Origin: Gammaproteobacteria bacterium | GTDB lineage: Bacteria; Pseudomonadota; Gammaproteobacteria; SZUA-140 | Assembly (NCBI GenBank): GCA_021648525.1 | Contig: JAKISP010000008.1 | Span: 13,744-77,743, forward strand | Direction: 5' to 3' | DNA: 64,000 nucleotides | Shown: positions 20,777-33,481 of the stretch, piece after piece | How positions within the stretch are numbered: the first letter of the stretch is position 1 | How the letters are laid out: each line of letters begins with the position of its first letter | Program-made: the position numbers and the translations under genes | Notes under the pieces: model-generated | What the model was told of the DNA's origin: nothing | Seen by the model: only the letters and a program-made list of their open reading frames with translations | Database searches by the model: none

Positions 20777-21658
20777 TCAACCACTACCCTTCACCTGATG
20801 CCGCGCGGCATACCACCCGGCCAACACAATCAACAGACCACCAAACCACTCATTAAGCATCACATGCTCATCGGTAAGCAATTGCGCAGAGACTGCGCCG
20901 ACCACCAGTTCAAACAGCAGGATCACCGCTGAGCGATGGGCGGGCATATGGGTTACGCCGTAAAGCACCACCAGCGTCATCACCACCATACCGATCGCAC
21001 CCAGCGACAACGCACCCACCACCACTTCACTTTCAACTTCCGGCAGCGGGATACCGGCAATTAAAATCCATACCGTGGCGAGCGTCACTGCGCCACACCA
21101 GGTTGAAACGGTCTTCACCCAGATTTCGACGTCGTGCATCTTGCGTATCAACACATTAGCTAGCGCAAAGGCAAAACCAGAGGAAAGCGCCAGCCAGTCC
21201 GCCTCTCCCTGCGGCCACGGCACCCCCATCTCACTATCCCATAACATAACCAGCGCACCCACCAGTGCCAATAGCAACGTGATGCGAGCAGAACGGGTCA
21301 ACGGCTCGTCAAGCAGTAGTTTACTGAGAATCACTGTCCACAACGGCGAGAGAAAAAAGAGCAGCGTCACCCGCACTACATTCCCCTCCAGGATCGCGAG
21401 AATAAAAGCGATATTGCACCACGCGCTCACAAAGGCGAGCACCAGTAGTATCCCCGGGCGCACCAGCGGATAGCGCCGCTTCAAAACCACCGGCAACCCG
21501 ACCATCAACGCTGCGCCGTAGATCAGCAGTGTGGCCCACAACCCCACCAGGCCATTCTGTTCCAGTAAACGCAGCGGATACCAGAATACGCCCCACAGGG
21601 TCGCGCCGAGTAGTAATGCTAAAACGGGTAAGATAATGTGGCTCTGTTTGGACGGCAT
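20777..21658 (-). CDS. DMT superfamily (EamA-type) transporter
   Basis: 293-aa polytopic membrane protein with the EamA duplicated architecture. Confidence 0.7.
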   Translation of the reverse strand: MPSKQSHIILPVLALLLGATLWGVFWYPLRLLEQNGLVGLWATLLIYGAALMVGLPVVLKRRYPLVRPGILLVLAFVSAWCNIAFILAILEGNVVRVTLLFFLSPLWTVILSKLLLDEPLTRSARITLLLALVGALVMLWDSEMGVPWPQGEADWLALSSGFAFALANVLIRKMHDVEIWVKTVSTWCGAVTLATVWILIAGIPLPEVESEVVVGALSLGAIGMVVMTLVVLYGVTHMPAHRSAVILLFELVVGAVSAQLLTDEHVMLNEWFGGLLIVLAGWYAARHQVKGSG

Positions 21659-21749
21659 ATGGCTGAATGACTTATACTAGATGGCTATTTGGCAGATATT
21701 TTGAATTTTGCCTACCATAACATGACGTATCATATCCGACTAAACACGT

Positions 21750-22964
21750 ATGAACCCTGATTTATCCAGACTACAGCCCTACCCCTTTGAAAAGCTTGCA
21801 CAACTTAAAGCGGGCATCACGCCAGACAAGGGGTACCACCACGCAATCAACCTAGCGATTGGCGAACCCAAACATAGCCCACCTGGCTTTGTGACCGAGG
21901 AAGTGCTCACTCACCTGCATGGCCTGGCCAACTACCCCATCACAAAAGGGGTACCTGCGCTGCGCGAGGCGATTGCCGACTGGCTGATTAAGCGCTTTTC
22001 ACTGCCCGGCAACAGCATTGATGTCGAACGCCACGTTTTACCGGTAAATGGCACCCGCGAGGCGCTGTTCGCATTTGCACAGACAGTGGTTGACCGTACT
22101 CAGCCAGCCCCGCTAGTGATGTGCCCCAACCCGTTTTACCAGATCTACGAGGGGGCGGCCTATCTCGCCGGGGCTGAGCCGTGGTTTATCAATACCACAA
22201 CAGAGAGTGACTGGTTGCCAGACTTCAATAGTGTGCCAGATGAGGCGTGGCAGCGCTGTCAGCTGCTCTATCTCTGCTCACCGAGCAATCCGACTGGCGC
22301 GGTCATTGGTAAAGAGACGCTAACACGTCTGATAAAACTGGCTGAAAAATTCGATTTTGTGATCGCCTCTGATGAATGTTACTCAGAGATCTATTTCGAC
22401 GAGACCAACCCACCGGTTGGACTACTTGAGACCGCCGCCGAAATTGGCAACACAGACTACAGACGCTGCATGGTATTTCACAGCCTCTCCAAACGTTCTA
22501 ATTTACCCGGAATGCGTTCCGGCTTTGTTGCAGGTGATGCAGAATTGATCAAACAGTTCCTGCTCTACCGCACCTATCATGGTAGCGCCATGGCCCCCTA
22601 TGCACAACATGCCAGCATCAAGGCGTGGCGCGATGAGCAACATGTGGTGAAAAACCGCGCTTATTACCGTGAAAAATTTGCCGCCGTCATCGGTATACTA
22701 GCTGACGTAACCGAAGTGTCGCACCCGGCCGCCAGTTTTTACCTGTGGTTAAAGACACCGCCTGCACTGAATAATAACGACGCGGAATTTGCGCTACAGC
22801 TATACCAGCAGAAACATATTAACCTGCTGCCCGGCAGTTACCTCTCGCGTGAGGCAAACGGCATCAATCCCGGCCGTGGTTACGTGCGTATCGCGCTGGT
22901 CGCACCGCTTGATGAATGTATTGAGGCGGCAGAACGAATCAAAGATTTCATTATTAATCTTTAA
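21750..22964 (+). CDS. dapC: N-succinyldiaminopimelate aminotransferase (class I PLP aminotransferase)
   Basis: 404-aa class I/II aminotransferase (NPTGAV, SLSKRSNLPGMRSGF with the Lys-containing motif). It lies immediately upstream of dapD, as in Bordetella/Pseudomonas dapC-dapD. N-terminus MNPDLSRLQPYPFEKL. Confidence 0.7.
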   Translation: MNPDLSRLQPYPFEKLAQLKAGITPDKGYHHAINLAIGEPKHSPPGFVTEEVLTHLHGLANYPITKGVPALREAIADWLIKRFSLPGNSIDVERHVLPVNGTREALFAFAQTVVDRTQPAPLVMCPNPFYQIYEGAAYLAGAEPWFINTTTESDWLPDFNSVPDEAWQRCQLLYLCSPSNPTGAVIGKETLTRLIKLAEKFDFVIASDECYSEIYFDETNPPVGLLETAAEIGNTDYRRCMVFHSLSKRSNLPGMRSGFVAGDAELIKQFLLYRTYHGSAMAPYAQHASIKAWRDEQHVVKNRAYYREKFAAVIGILADVTEVSHPAASFYLWLKTPPALNNNDAEFALQLYQQKHINLLPGSYLSREANGINPGRGYVRIALVAPLDECIEAAERIKDFIINL

Positions 22965-23030
22965 CCTATATACCCGTTCAAACCAGATACCAGCTAACTT
23001 AATTTTAATTGATTAACGGAGAAAAACACC

Positions 23031-23852
23031 ATGAGTGACTTGCAGGCCATCATCGAAAAAGCCTTTGAAAACCGCGCAGAGATCAACCCACGCAACGTCG
23101 ACACCCACGTTAAAGAAGCAGTGCTAAACGCACTCGCACAACTGGATAACGGCAGCCTGCGTGTGGCTGAAAAGAAAGATGGCGACTGGGTCGTTAATCA
23201 ATGGCTAAAAAAAGCGGTACTTCTATCGTTCCGCATCGAAGACAACGAATTTATGAAAGGTGGTTTCACCAACTACTACGACAAAGTGCAGTCTAAATTT
23301 GCTGACTACAACTCGCGTGATTTCCGCGAAGCAGGCGTTCGTGTCGTCCCACCCGCAACTGCACGTCGTGGTTCATACATCGCACCCAACACGGTGTTGA
23401 TGCCGTCATACGTTAACATCGGTGCATACGTGGATAGCGGCACCATGGTTGATGCCTGGGCAACTGTTGGCTCCTGTGCGCAGATCGGTAAAAACGTCCA
23501 TCTCTCTGGTGGCGTCGGCATCGGTGGTGTTTTAGAACCACTCCAGGCCAACCCAACCATCATCGAAGATAACTGCTTTATCGGTGCCCGTTCTGAGATC
23601 GTTGAAGGGGTGATCGTTGAAGAGAACGCAGTGATCTCAATGGGCGTTTACATCGGCCAGAGCACCAAGATTTACAACCGTATGACGGGCGAAATCACCT
23701 TTGGTCGCGTACCAACCGGTGCCGTGGTTGTGCCAGGTAATCTACCCGCCAAAGATGGTTCTCACAGCCTTTACTGCGCCGTGATTATTAAACAGGTTGA
23801 TGAAAAAACCCGCAGCAAGGTTGGTATCAACGAACTACTACGCGAAGCGTAA
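23031..23852 (+). CDS. dapD: 2,3,4,5-tetrahydropyridine-2,6-dicarboxylate N-succinyltransferase
   Basis: 273 aa, N-terminus [18 protein letters not shown], with hexapeptide repeats ([25 protein letters not shown]). Confidence 0.9.
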   Translation: MSDLQAIIEKAFENRAEINPRNVDTHVKEAVLNALAQLDNGSLRVAEKKDGDWVVNQWLKKAVLLSFRIEDNEFMKGGFTNYYDKVQSKFADYNSRDFREAGVRVVPPATARRGSYIAPNTVLMPSYVNIGAYVDSGTMVDAWATVGSCAQIGKNVHLSGGVGIGGVLEPLQANPTIIEDNCFIGARSEIVEGVIVEENAVISMGVYIGQSTKIYNRMTGEITFGRVPTGAVVVPGNLPAKDGSHSLYCAVIIKQVDEKTRSKVGINELLREA

Positions 23853-23855
23853 GCA

Positions 23856-25345
<1,490 letters not shown>

Positions 25346-25383
25346 ATTTAATACAAGTGGATAACCGGTAAGGAAAGATCATC

Positions 25384-25755
25384 ATGAGCGATTCTTCAAA
25401 CAACAAACGTCGCTTTAGCCGTGTCGATTTCAATACCGCCACCACGATCAGTCGTGGCAACCATCACTGGCAGAGCCATCTGGTCGATATTTCACTGAAA
25501 GGCGCCCTGATTAACCGGCCTGAAGGGTGGGACGGCAACATTGGTGATGAGTATAAAGTCGCAGTGATTTTAAAAGAAGATGAAGTCGCGATCAATATGA
25601 CAGCATCAGTCGTCCATATCCAGGATAACCACATTGGTTTCCGTTGCGAGCATATCGATTCCAATAGCATCACACACCTACGACGCCTGATGGAACTCAA
25701 CCTGGGTGATGCCGAACTGGTAAACCGAGAGCTATCGATGCTCGATCACGCTTAA
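25384..25755 (+). CDS. PilZ-domain protein
   Basis: RRFSRVDF ... DISLKGALI matches the PilZ RxxxR and DxSxxG motifs. 123 aa. Confidence 0.6.
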   Translation: MSDSSNNKRRFSRVDFNTATTISRGNHHWQSHLVDISLKGALINRPEGWDGNIGDEYKVAVILKEDEVAINMTASVVHIQDNHIGFRCEHIDSNSITHLRRLMELNLGDAELVNRELSMLDHA

Positions 25756-25773
25756 TAAACTTCAGCACAAATA

Positions 25774-26439
25774 TTATTGCGATGAAAAAAAGATATCACC
25801 ATAACGCGCCCTGACCTGACCACCACTATTATCACTATCACTATCACTCATGATCGCCACCGCATCGATTTGATCAATATCGCGACCAAATAAACGCCTG
25901 AAATCCTCTTGTACATTGCGTTTTTCGCTCACCCATTGCCCACTCTGCTCCACACCTGAACGTACCGCCACCATCGCAGCACGGCGGGTATAGGCATTGG
26001 GCCAATGGCTATCGATCGGCTGACTATTAGACCAGACATAGTTGATGGCGCGTGTACGCCAGAAAAAGAACCCACCCGAGACCACCACATAAATCCGTAC
26101 CGGATAATCATCACCCGATTTAAGCTTTTCATCATTGCCCTGTAAAACATCATCAACCCACCACGACCAGTTAAGGTAGGGCGTTTTATTGAGATCGATG
26201 GTGATTTCACGGAATAGCCCTGAAGCCGTGCCGTTGGCGGTCGCTTCAAGCGACTGACGGCCCGCATCCGTCACGAATTGATAATGGGTATTACCCACAA
26301 AAGACTTCTCCTGCCACTCGTACAGCGAGCCACCAGAGAAATGAGCGACCAGACGCTCTTCCGCTTTTCCCGACATTGCCACCATCAACAGCGTAATGGC
26401 GAGTATCGCCCGCCATCTATTCACATTTGAAACCACCAC
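25774..26439 (-). CDS. Hypothetical secreted/periplasmic protein
   Basis: 221 aa with an N-terminal signal peptide (AILAITLLMVAMSGKAEE). No recognisable motif. Confidence 0.5.
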   Translation of the reverse strand: MVVSNVNRWRAILAITLLMVAMSGKAEERLVAHFSGGSLYEWQEKSFVGNTHYQFVTDAGRQSLEATANGTASGLFREITIDLNKTPYLNWSWWVDDVLQGNDEKLKSGDDYPVRIYVVVSGGFFFWRTRAINYVWSNSQPIDSHWPNAYTRRAAMVAVRSGVEQSGQWVSEKRNVQEDFRRLFGRDIDQIDAVAIMSDSDSDNSGGQVRARYGDIFFSSQ

Positions 26440-26550
26440 ACCAACCCCCAGGGAAAGTCATCACGACTGATGACAAAAACTAACGCCGCATGCGATGATG
26501 ACACCGTCTGCACACGACTCGCATTATAATAACGGATCAATGACTATAAA

Positions 26551-28095
26551 ATGAAGATCAGGCCTCAAAAAAGCGGGCTGCTTAACTGGGTTGAACAGAC
26601 AGGCAATCGCCTGCCCCACCCCGCCACGCTTTTCTTTTTCGCCACCCTGATCGTGATGGTACTCTCTCAAATTGCCGCCCTGCTAGGCTGGCAAGTGAGC
26701 AAAAATGTGACCGGTAGTGATGGTGTGCAACAGCAAGTTGAGGTTGTTGCCATCGGGCTACTCGATAGCGACGGCCTGTGGTGGGTGCTCAACAACATGG
26801 TCGATAATTTTATGTCATTTCCACCGCTAGGACTTGTGCTGGTCGCCATGCTCGGCATTGGTGTCGCAGAGCGCAGCGGTCTGATCGCAGCGCTGCTTCA
26901 AGTATCGGCCAACAAAACCCCGGCATCGCTGCTCACCCCGATGGTCTTTTTTCTTGGCATCATGTCATCAATGGCACTCGATGCCGGTTACGTGGTACTG
27001 CCACCGCTTGCCGCCGCACTCTACCTTGCGCTGGGACGCTCACCTTTAGTCGGTATTGCAACCGCCTTTGCGGGTGTCTCTGCCGGTTTTAGTGCCAACC
27101 TTTTCATTACGGCGATTGACCCCATGATGGCCGGTTTTTCTCAGGCAAGCGCACAGCTAATCGATGAGCGTTATATGGTCAGTGCCACCGCCAACTGGTG
27201 GTTTATGATCGCCTCAACCTTTATGCTAACGCTAGTTGGCTGGTGGGTCACCGCACGCTGGGTCGAACCACGCCTGGCAACAACCCCATATGAAAGCAAT
27301 TTTAGTAATGAGGCCACCGCCAGTAACCTTGAAAGCGGCAGCAATACACAACGCGGCCTGCGCTGGGCGATGATCGCACTCGGCACCGCGCTTGTCATCA
27401 TCATCGCACTGATATTCATCCCTGGTGCGCCACTATACGGCGTGGGTAACCGTTTTGAGCGCTGGATCGAGGCGATGGTACCGCTGATCCTGATCTTCTT
27501 TTTACTACCCGGCATCGCCTACGGCTTCGGCGCACGCACCCTTAAAAGTGAAAAAGATATCGCGCGTTTAATGGCTGAAACCATGGCAAGTCTCGGCCCT
27601 TATATCGTACTCGCTTTTTTTGCAGCGCAGTTTATCGCCTTTTTTAACTATTCAAACCTGGGAGAGATGACCGCCATCGTCGGCGGCCAGGCGTTGGCAC
27701 AAGCGAGCTTTGCGCCGGAATTACTGATCGTCGCCTTTATCTTTGTGGTGATGGCAGGCAACCTGTTTATCGGCTCCGCCTCCGCCAAGTTCGCCTTCTT
27801 TGCACCGGTCTTTATTCCGATGTTTATGCAGGTCGGCATCAGCCCAGAATTGACTCAGGTCGCCTACCGTATTGGTGATTCGGTCACCAATGTGATCACC
27901 CCATTAAACCCTTATATGGTGATCGTGCTCGCCTTTATGCAACGCTACGCACCACGGGCAGGCATCGGCACCCTGGTGGCAATGATGTTGCCCTACGCGA
28001 TCGCGTTTGCAGTGATCTGGACAGTAATGATAGTGGTCTGGATGATGATCGGTATTCCACTCGGCCCAGAAGGTGGCCTCTGGTATACCCAATAA
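26551..28095 (+). CDS. abgT: AbgT family transporter (p-aminobenzoyl-glutamate/antimetabolite transporter family)
   Basis: N-terminus LLNWVEQTGNRLPHPATLFFF is typical of AbgT. 514-aa polytopic protein. Confidence 0.8.
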   Translation: MKIRPQKSGLLNWVEQTGNRLPHPATLFFFATLIVMVLSQIAALLGWQVSKNVTGSDGVQQQVEVVAIGLLDSDGLWWVLNNMVDNFMSFPPLGLVLVAMLGIGVAERSGLIAALLQVSANKTPASLLTPMVFFLGIMSSMALDAGYVVLPPLAAALYLALGRSPLVGIATAFAGVSAGFSANLFITAIDPMMAGFSQASAQLIDERYMVSATANWWFMIASTFMLTLVGWWVTARWVEPRLATTPYESNFSNEATASNLESGSNTQRGLRWAMIALGTALVIIIALIFIPGAPLYGVGNRFERWIEAMVPLILIFFLLPGIAYGFGARTLKSEKDIARLMAETMASLGPYIVLAFFAAQFIAFFNYSNLGEMTAIVGGQALAQASFAPELLIVAFIFVVMAGNLFIGSASAKFAFFAPVFIPMFMQVGISPELTQVAYRIGDSVTNVITPLNPYMVIVLAFMQRYAPRAGIGTLVAMMLPYAIAFAVIWTVMIVVWMMIGIPLGPEGGLWYTQ

Positions 28096-28119
28096 GCTAA
28101 ATGTAAATGAGCAGGAAAG

Positions 28120-28584
28120 TTACCCGGCTAGCTCTTCCTCGACACGATGACGCGCTTTAATAAAATTCTCGTGCGAGACATGAATCAAATCTGAAATTTT
28201 ACGCACCAGATACTCTTCTTCGTGATCTTTATGCGCATCGGAAAAGGCAACACGCCATAACATCTCAACCACCCGCTGCTTCTGTGGCTGAGTGAAAGAT
28301 TGATCCACCATTTTGGTAAAATCAAACAGACATGCGGCATTATCGACCTCCGCCGCCGCTAGTTTAGCCAGCGTTTTCGCCTCCTCTTCACTGATAGCAA
28401 ACAGCTCCTGCAACACACCATCAACAGCCTGACGTTCTTCGTCTGTCACTTCATCATCAGCACGTGTCATTTCGATCATCAATGCAGCCGTGGCAAGCCG
28501 TAGCGACTGTTCTTCCGAGTCACTTTCATCATTCATTACAGACTGAATTCGCTCTTCAAAAAACTGCTTCATATTTTTAAACAT
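28120..28584 (-). CDS. TerB-like (tellurite-resistance/DjlA N-terminal domain family) protein
   Basis: 154-aa acidic helical protein (ATAALMIEMTRADDEVTDEERQAV). The family assignment is tentative. Confidence 0.4.
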   Translation of the reverse strand: MFKNMKQFFEERIQSVMNDESDSEEQSLRLATAALMIEMTRADDEVTDEERQAVDGVLQELFAISEEEAKTLAKLAAAEVDNAACLFDFTKMVDQSFTQPQKQRVVEMLWRVAFSDAHKDHEEEYLVRKISDLIHVSHENFIKARHRVEEELAG

Positions 28585-29315
28585 TACAAAATCGCCTTTT
28601 CAATACCCGCTTCAAACTGCCGCCACACACAACTACCGCCCTGTTTTTCAATCGCGGCAAGCCGCTCCTCATGTGCAAGCAGTTCATCCTTAGTGGCATG
28701 CATCACTTTAAGCTGACCAGCAGCCAGCTGTACTGGTCTAATCACCTGCGCTTTCGAGCCACTCTCAGTCTCCTCGCCACCCAGCAAAAGCTTCCGCTGG
28801 CCGCCCGTCATCATCAGATAAACATCGGCAAGAATCTCCGCATCCAGTAATGCGCCATGCAGCGTACGTTGTGCGTTATCAACATCGTAACGTTTACATA
28901 ACGCATCAAGACTATTACGCTGTCCTGGATGTAATTTACGCGCCATCGCGAGGGTATCTAATACCCCACAAAGTTCGTCCACTAAATCATGCGTTCGACT
29001 GAGCAGGCGAAATTCGTGATTAATAAAACCAACATCAAATGGTGCGTTGTGAATGACTAGCTCAGCGCCTTTAATAAATTCAATAAAGTCTTCAGCAACA
29101 TCACTAAAGCGCGGCTTATCGACCAGGAACTCGTTGGTAATGCCATGCACTTCAATCGCACCGTCATCAATTTCACGATCCGGCTGCAGGTATTGATGAT
29201 AATGACGCCCGGTAAGGCGACGATCGATCACCTCAACACAACCGATCTCAATAATACGGTGGCCTAATTTAGGCTCAAGACCGGTAGTTTCTGTATCCAG
29301 GATTATTTGACGCAT
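28584..29315 (-). CDS. dnaQ: DNA polymerase III epsilon subunit (3'-5' exonuclease)
   Basis: Exo motifs I (ILDTETTGL), II and III (YDVDNAQRTLHGALLDAEILADVY). 243 aa. Divergent from rnhA, as in E. coli. Confidence 0.9.
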   Translation of the reverse strand: MRQIILDTETTGLEPKLGHRIIEIGCVEVIDRRLTGRHYHQYLQPDREIDDGAIEVHGITNEFLVDKPRFSDVAEDFIEFIKGAELVIHNAPFDVGFINHEFRLLSRTHDLVDELCGVLDTLAMARKLHPGQRNSLDALCKRYDVDNAQRTLHGALLDAEILADVYLMMTGGQRKLLLGGEETESGSKAQVIRPVQLAAGQLKVMHATKDELLAHEERLAAIEKQGGSCVWRQFEAGIEKAIL

Positions 29316-29349
29316 CTATAAAAATCTCTGCTATGACTTGTTTTTATGG

Positions 29350-29805
29350 TTAACCATTGGCCTGCATTTCATCGATTGCACGGTTGGCCAGTTCATCCGC
29401 CATCTCATTTTCACGATGCCCCGTATGTCCACGCACCCAATGCCACTCCACCTCATGAACGGCGCAGATAGCGTCCAGCTCACGCCATAGATCATCATTT
29501 TTCACCGGTTTTTTCGCCGCCGTCTTCCAGCCGCGCTTCTTCCAGTTGGTAATCCACTCGGTAATGCCCTTCCTCACGTATTGTGAATCTGTGGTCAGGC
29601 TCACACGAGATGGGTGCTTCAACGCCTGCAGTGACTTAATCGCTGCCATCAATTCCATACGGTTATTAGTGGTATGCGGTTCAGCGCCGTAAAGGCTCTT
29701 TTCATTACCCTGAGAACGCATCAATGCCCCCCAGCCACCCGGCCCAGGGTTACCACGACACGCACCATCGGTAAAAATTTCGGTTACATCAGACAAACTA
29801 TTCAC
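29350..29805 (-). CDS. rnhA: Ribonuclease HI
   Basis: [17 protein letters not shown]... 151 aa. Confidence 0.9.
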   Translation of the reverse strand: MNSLSDVTEIFTDGACRGNPGPGGWGALMRSQGNEKSLYGAEPHTTNNRMELMAAIKSLQALKHPSRVSLTTDSQYVRKGITEWITNWKKRGWKTAAKKPVKNDDLWRELDAICAVHEVEWHWVRGHTGHRENEMADELANRAIDEMQANG

Positions 29806-30664
29806 TCTCTTTTTTCGTTATGACTCGCCGCTCACCCTGTTTTCTCACAGAAGGGCTACGCGGCGATGAATTCGTGGCGGAAGATGAAGGCTTAACGATA
29901 CGCGGATCGATCAGGCTGCCAGTCGGCCGCCAGCGCGGTTTAATCTGGGTACCCGTAAAGACCCGCTTTTTTCCCACCACCAAAAAGCCGCCGCCCCAAA
30001 AGGGCCACCAGCGCTCACCCGCCCGCTCCAACACCTCAAGGCGACGCATTATCCCCTCATTTTGCACTGGCGGGCGAAAAAAATACCAGCGCGAGAGCTC
30101 GTGATCAAATCCCAGCAGTGAAAGCCAGTCTCGCATCCGCCATGCGCTTCTAAAATGGCCACACCACGGCGGACTGCGCCGTCGGCTCAGGAAGCGACGA
30201 AAACCCCACCAGCTCCATGGGTTAAACCCCAGAATGACCACGTGGCCCTCTGGCACCAAGATACGTACAACCTCACGCAGCACTTCATGCGGGTTAACTT
30301 CAAACTCCAGGGTATGGTGTAACACCACCACATCGATGCTATCAGATTCAATCGGTAACGCATCCGGCACGCCGTACATCGCGACCAGCGTGGCGGTCTC
30401 TTCAGGATCACCATCCACCACCACACGGTGCAGGATACGGCTAGCACTCGTCATGTCTTCATTTAATAGACACCCGACCTGCAGCAGATGAAATCCAAAC
30501 AGATTGACCAGCACCTTATCTAGCTCTTCCCTTTCTCGCGCGGCTAAACGCTGCCCCAGGGGGAGCTTAAACCAGTCTCGCAGGCGGTCACGCTCGGTAC
30601 AGACCATGCGGCCGTTACAGTCCTGCTCCATCGCTTTACGCTTCCTCCCCATGGCATTAAGCAT
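29798..30664 (-). CDS. Class I SAM-dependent methyltransferase
   Basis: 288 aa with a methyltransferase-fold region ([37 protein letters not shown]). Its stop overlaps the rnhA start. Confidence 0.6.
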   Translation of the reverse strand: MLNAMGRKRKAMEQDCNGRMVCTERDRLRDWFKLPLGQRLAAREREELDKVLVNLFGFHLLQVGCLLNEDMTSASRILHRVVVDGDPEETATLVAMYGVPDALPIESDSIDVVVLHHTLEFEVNPHEVLREVVRILVPEGHVVILGFNPWSWWGFRRFLSRRRSPPWCGHFRSAWRMRDWLSLLGFDHELSRWYFFRPPVQNEGIMRRLEVLERAGERWWPFWGGGFLVVGKKRVFTGTQIKPRWRPTGSLIDPRIVKPSSSATNSSPRSPSVRKQGERRVITKKESE

Positions 30665-30733
30665 ACCTTGCTAAAAGCCTTCAATCTAGTGGCGTAGTTT
30701 GAATAAAATGAAGATTCAAATCAGCCAGTCATA

Positions 30734-31555
30734 TTGACGCCAGGTCTGATTCCTGCCAGCATCGGCTGGATGAATAATGCCACTGCGATCCCTGCTTTCA
30801 AAGACAATTACATCTGGCTGATAGCCACTGAAAGCAACCATGTCATCATTGTTGATCCAGGTGATGAGCGACCTGTTTTAAAATACCTGCAGGATAATCA
30901 GCTGATTCCTGTCGCAATCGTTGTCACACATCAGTGTTATGACCATGTGGATGGCATCGTAATGATCCTGCAACAGTTCGATATACCTGTTTATGGCCCT
31001 GCAAGCGAGACTATCCCCGGCATGACGCAGCGCGTCAAACAGGATGATCTGATTACCATCAATGACACATACCAGCTCAAGATACTCGACGTACCAGGGC
31101 ACACTGCAGGTCATGTCGCCTATTACCAACCAGGATCAACGGGCAAGCTTTTCTGCGGCGACACGCTCTTCGGTGCCGGCTGTGGCCGGCTACATACAGG
31201 GCTTTACGATGAGATGTTTCATTCATTGCAAAAGATCGCAGCCCTGCCCGATAACACTCAGATCTACTGCGCCCATGAATATACCCAGGCCAATCTCAAA
31301 TTTGCATGCCACCTGGAACCTGAGAATCAGGCCATTCACGCACGCATCGAACGTACCGACGCAATGCGCGCACGTGGTGAAATCACCATTCCATTACAAC
31401 TGAATGACGAAAAAAACACCAATCCATTTTTACGCTGCCATACACCCGCCATTTTTACCGCCGCCAAACGTTACGCCGATGACAACGGCCTACCCTTACC
31501 GACAGACCCAATCTCAACATTTCGCACCATCCGTTACTGGAAAAATCACTTTTAA
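30734..31555 (+). CDS. gloB: Hydroxyacylglutathione hydrolase (glyoxalase II); the true start is probably the internal Met near 30770
   Basis: MBL-fold motifs PAFKDNYIWLI, THQCYDHVDG (a variant of THHHxDH) and GHTAGHVAYY, plus the C-terminal CAHEYT. The functional size is ~260 aa. Confidence 0.8.
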   Translation: MTPGLIPASIGWMNNATAIPAFKDNYIWLIATESNHVIIVDPGDERPVLKYLQDNQLIPVAIVVTHQCYDHVDGIVMILQQFDIPVYGPASETIPGMTQRVKQDDLITINDTYQLKILDVPGHTAGHVAYYQPGSTGKLFCGDTLFGAGCGRLHTGLYDEMFHSLQKIAALPDNTQIYCAHEYTQANLKFACHLEPENQAIHARIERTDAMRARGEITIPLQLNDEKNTNPFLRCHTPAIFTAAKRYADDNGLPLPTDPISTFRTIRYWKNHF

Positions 31556-31695
31556 ACAACCACTGTGCGAGCTTCGTCACGCATTGACGATCAACACGAC
31601 TATGGCGCTCGCTTTTCAACACCCATCTCAAGAACTCCCCTATAATGGCCGATTGATTTACATCCGATCTACACTCAAGGACTTCAGAATTTTTC

Positions 31696-33471
31696 ATGGC
31701 AATGCATCAGAATTTTAGACTGTTTCATTTAAATGCAGGAATAGCAGCCGCGCTGCTGCTCAGCGGTTGTGCTGTCACACCAGTAGCATCACTATCGACA
31801 ACCAGTACGAAACAGACCAGCGTCACCATCACACCATTAGCCACAGAAGCTGAACCGGTCGAGCTGTGGCAAACAGCAGAAATTGCCGTACCACTTGATC
31901 CTGAACACACAACGCTTAGCATCACACCCAACGAGACAGCTGACACTGCACTGGCCAATGCCATCATCGCCCTGCCCGACACCCCCATTGCGACTGCAAA
32001 GCTGACCACGCACGACCTTAACCAGCAGTTTGCTGCCCATCGTCCAGATGATCTATGGCAACGCATTCGTGATGGCTTCTCACTGCCTCACAGCGAACAT
32101 GCGCGTACTGTCTCTGAACGCCGCTGGTATGCACGCCACCAGGAATATATTGATCGCACCAGCGCACGCGCACAACCCTACCTGCATTTTATTGTCGAAG
32201 AAGCGGCACGACGCAATATTCCAATGGAACTGGCACTGCTGCCCATCGTAGAAAGCGCCTTCCAGCCTTTTGCCTACTCTCACGGCCGCGCATCAGGTAT
32301 CTGGCAGTTTATTCCTGGCACCGGTCGTATGTACGGCCTGAAACAGAACTGGTGGTACGACGGCCGCCGCGACATCACCGCTTCAACCCTGGCCGCTTTT
32401 GATTATCTCGAATCGCTCAACAAACGTTTCAAAGGTGACTGGTTGCTGGCACTGGCGGCTTATAACTCTGGCGGTGGTACCGTTAGCAAAGCGATCCGTA
32501 AAAACAGACGCCTTGGTAAACCGACTGACTTCTGGTCACTCAAGCTACCGCGCGAGACCCGCGCCTATGTACCCAAACTGCTGGCGATTCGCGATATTGT
32601 CGCCAACCCAGAGAAACACAACATCATCATGACCTCGCTGGCTGATGAACCTTATTTTGAAAAGGTCGCTACTGAATCACAGATTGATCTTGCCAGAGCC
32701 GCTGAACTGGCAGAGATGCCACTCAAACAACTCTACCGTCTTAACCCAGCCTTTAACCGCTGGGCTACTGATCCAGATGGCCCACATCACCTGCTAATCC
32801 CGCTGGATAAATCAGCACAGTTCAAACAGAACCTCGCGGCACTACCTAAGGAACAGCGGGTAAAATGGACACGCCACCGCATTCGTAACGGCGAAACACT
32901 CGGCCATATTGCCAGGCGCTACAAAACAACGGTTGCGGTAATCAAAGACGTCAATAAAGTCAAAGGACATATGATCCGCGCCGGTAAAAACCTGATCATT
33001 CCCGTCGCCGCGAGGTCACCGGATAGCTACAGCCTAAGTGCCACTCAACGTGCTCAAAGCATCAAAAACAGGCCAAAGAAAGGGACCCGGCTCACCTACA
33101 AAGTACAGCGTGGCGATACCCTGTGGGACATTTCGCGCGCACATAATGTTGGTGTTCGTCAGCTCGCACGCTGGAATGCGATGGCACCACGCGATACCTT
33201 ACGCCCCGGCCAGCAACTGGTTATCTGGCAATCATCGTCAAAGGTCGCCAAAGACACCGTACCTGACATCACACCAGCGCTAAATGAAATCACTCAACGC
33301 ATACGCTACACCGTACGCAGAGGTGACTCGTTATCGCGTATTTCACAGCGTTTCAACGTGAGTATCAATAAGCTAAAAAGCTGGAACCCCAGGGCGCGTG
33401 GAAAATACCTGCAGCCAGGACAACGACTCACTCTGTTTGTCGATATCACCAATCAATCCGGCAGCATCTAA
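31696..33471 (+). CDS. mltD: Membrane-bound lytic murein transglycosylase D with C-terminal LysM repeats
   Basis: Lipoprotein signal (LLLSGCAV), an SLT catalytic region (LPIVESAFQPFAYSHGRASGIWQF) and three LysM motifs (YTVRRGDSLSRISQRF etc.). Confidence 0.85.
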   Translation: MAMHQNFRLFHLNAGIAAALLLSGCAVTPVASLSTTSTKQTSVTITPLATEAEPVELWQTAEIAVPLDPEHTTLSITPNETADTALANAIIALPDTPIATAKLTTHDLNQQFAAHRPDDLWQRIRDGFSLPHSEHARTVSERRWYARHQEYIDRTSARAQPYLHFIVEEAARRNIPMELALLPIVESAFQPFAYSHGRASGIWQFIPGTGRMYGLKQNWWYDGRRDITASTLAAFDYLESLNKRFKGDWLLALAAYNSGGGTVSKAIRKNRRLGKPTDFWSLKLPRETRAYVPKLLAIRDIVANPEKHNIIMTSLADEPYFEKVATESQIDLARAAELAEMPLKQLYRLNPAFNRWATDPDGPHHLLIPLDKSAQFKQNLAALPKEQRVKWTRHRIRNGETLGHIARRYKTTVAVIKDVNKVKGHMIRAGKNLIIPVAARSPDSYSLSATQRAQSIKNRPKKGTRLTYKVQRGDTLWDISRAHNVGVRQLARWNAMAPRDTLRPGQQLVIWQSSSKVAKDTVPDITPALNEITQRIRYTVRRGDSLSRISQRFNVSINKLKSWNPRARGKYLQPGQRLTLFVDITNQSGSI

Positions 33472-33481
33472 ATAACATTAT

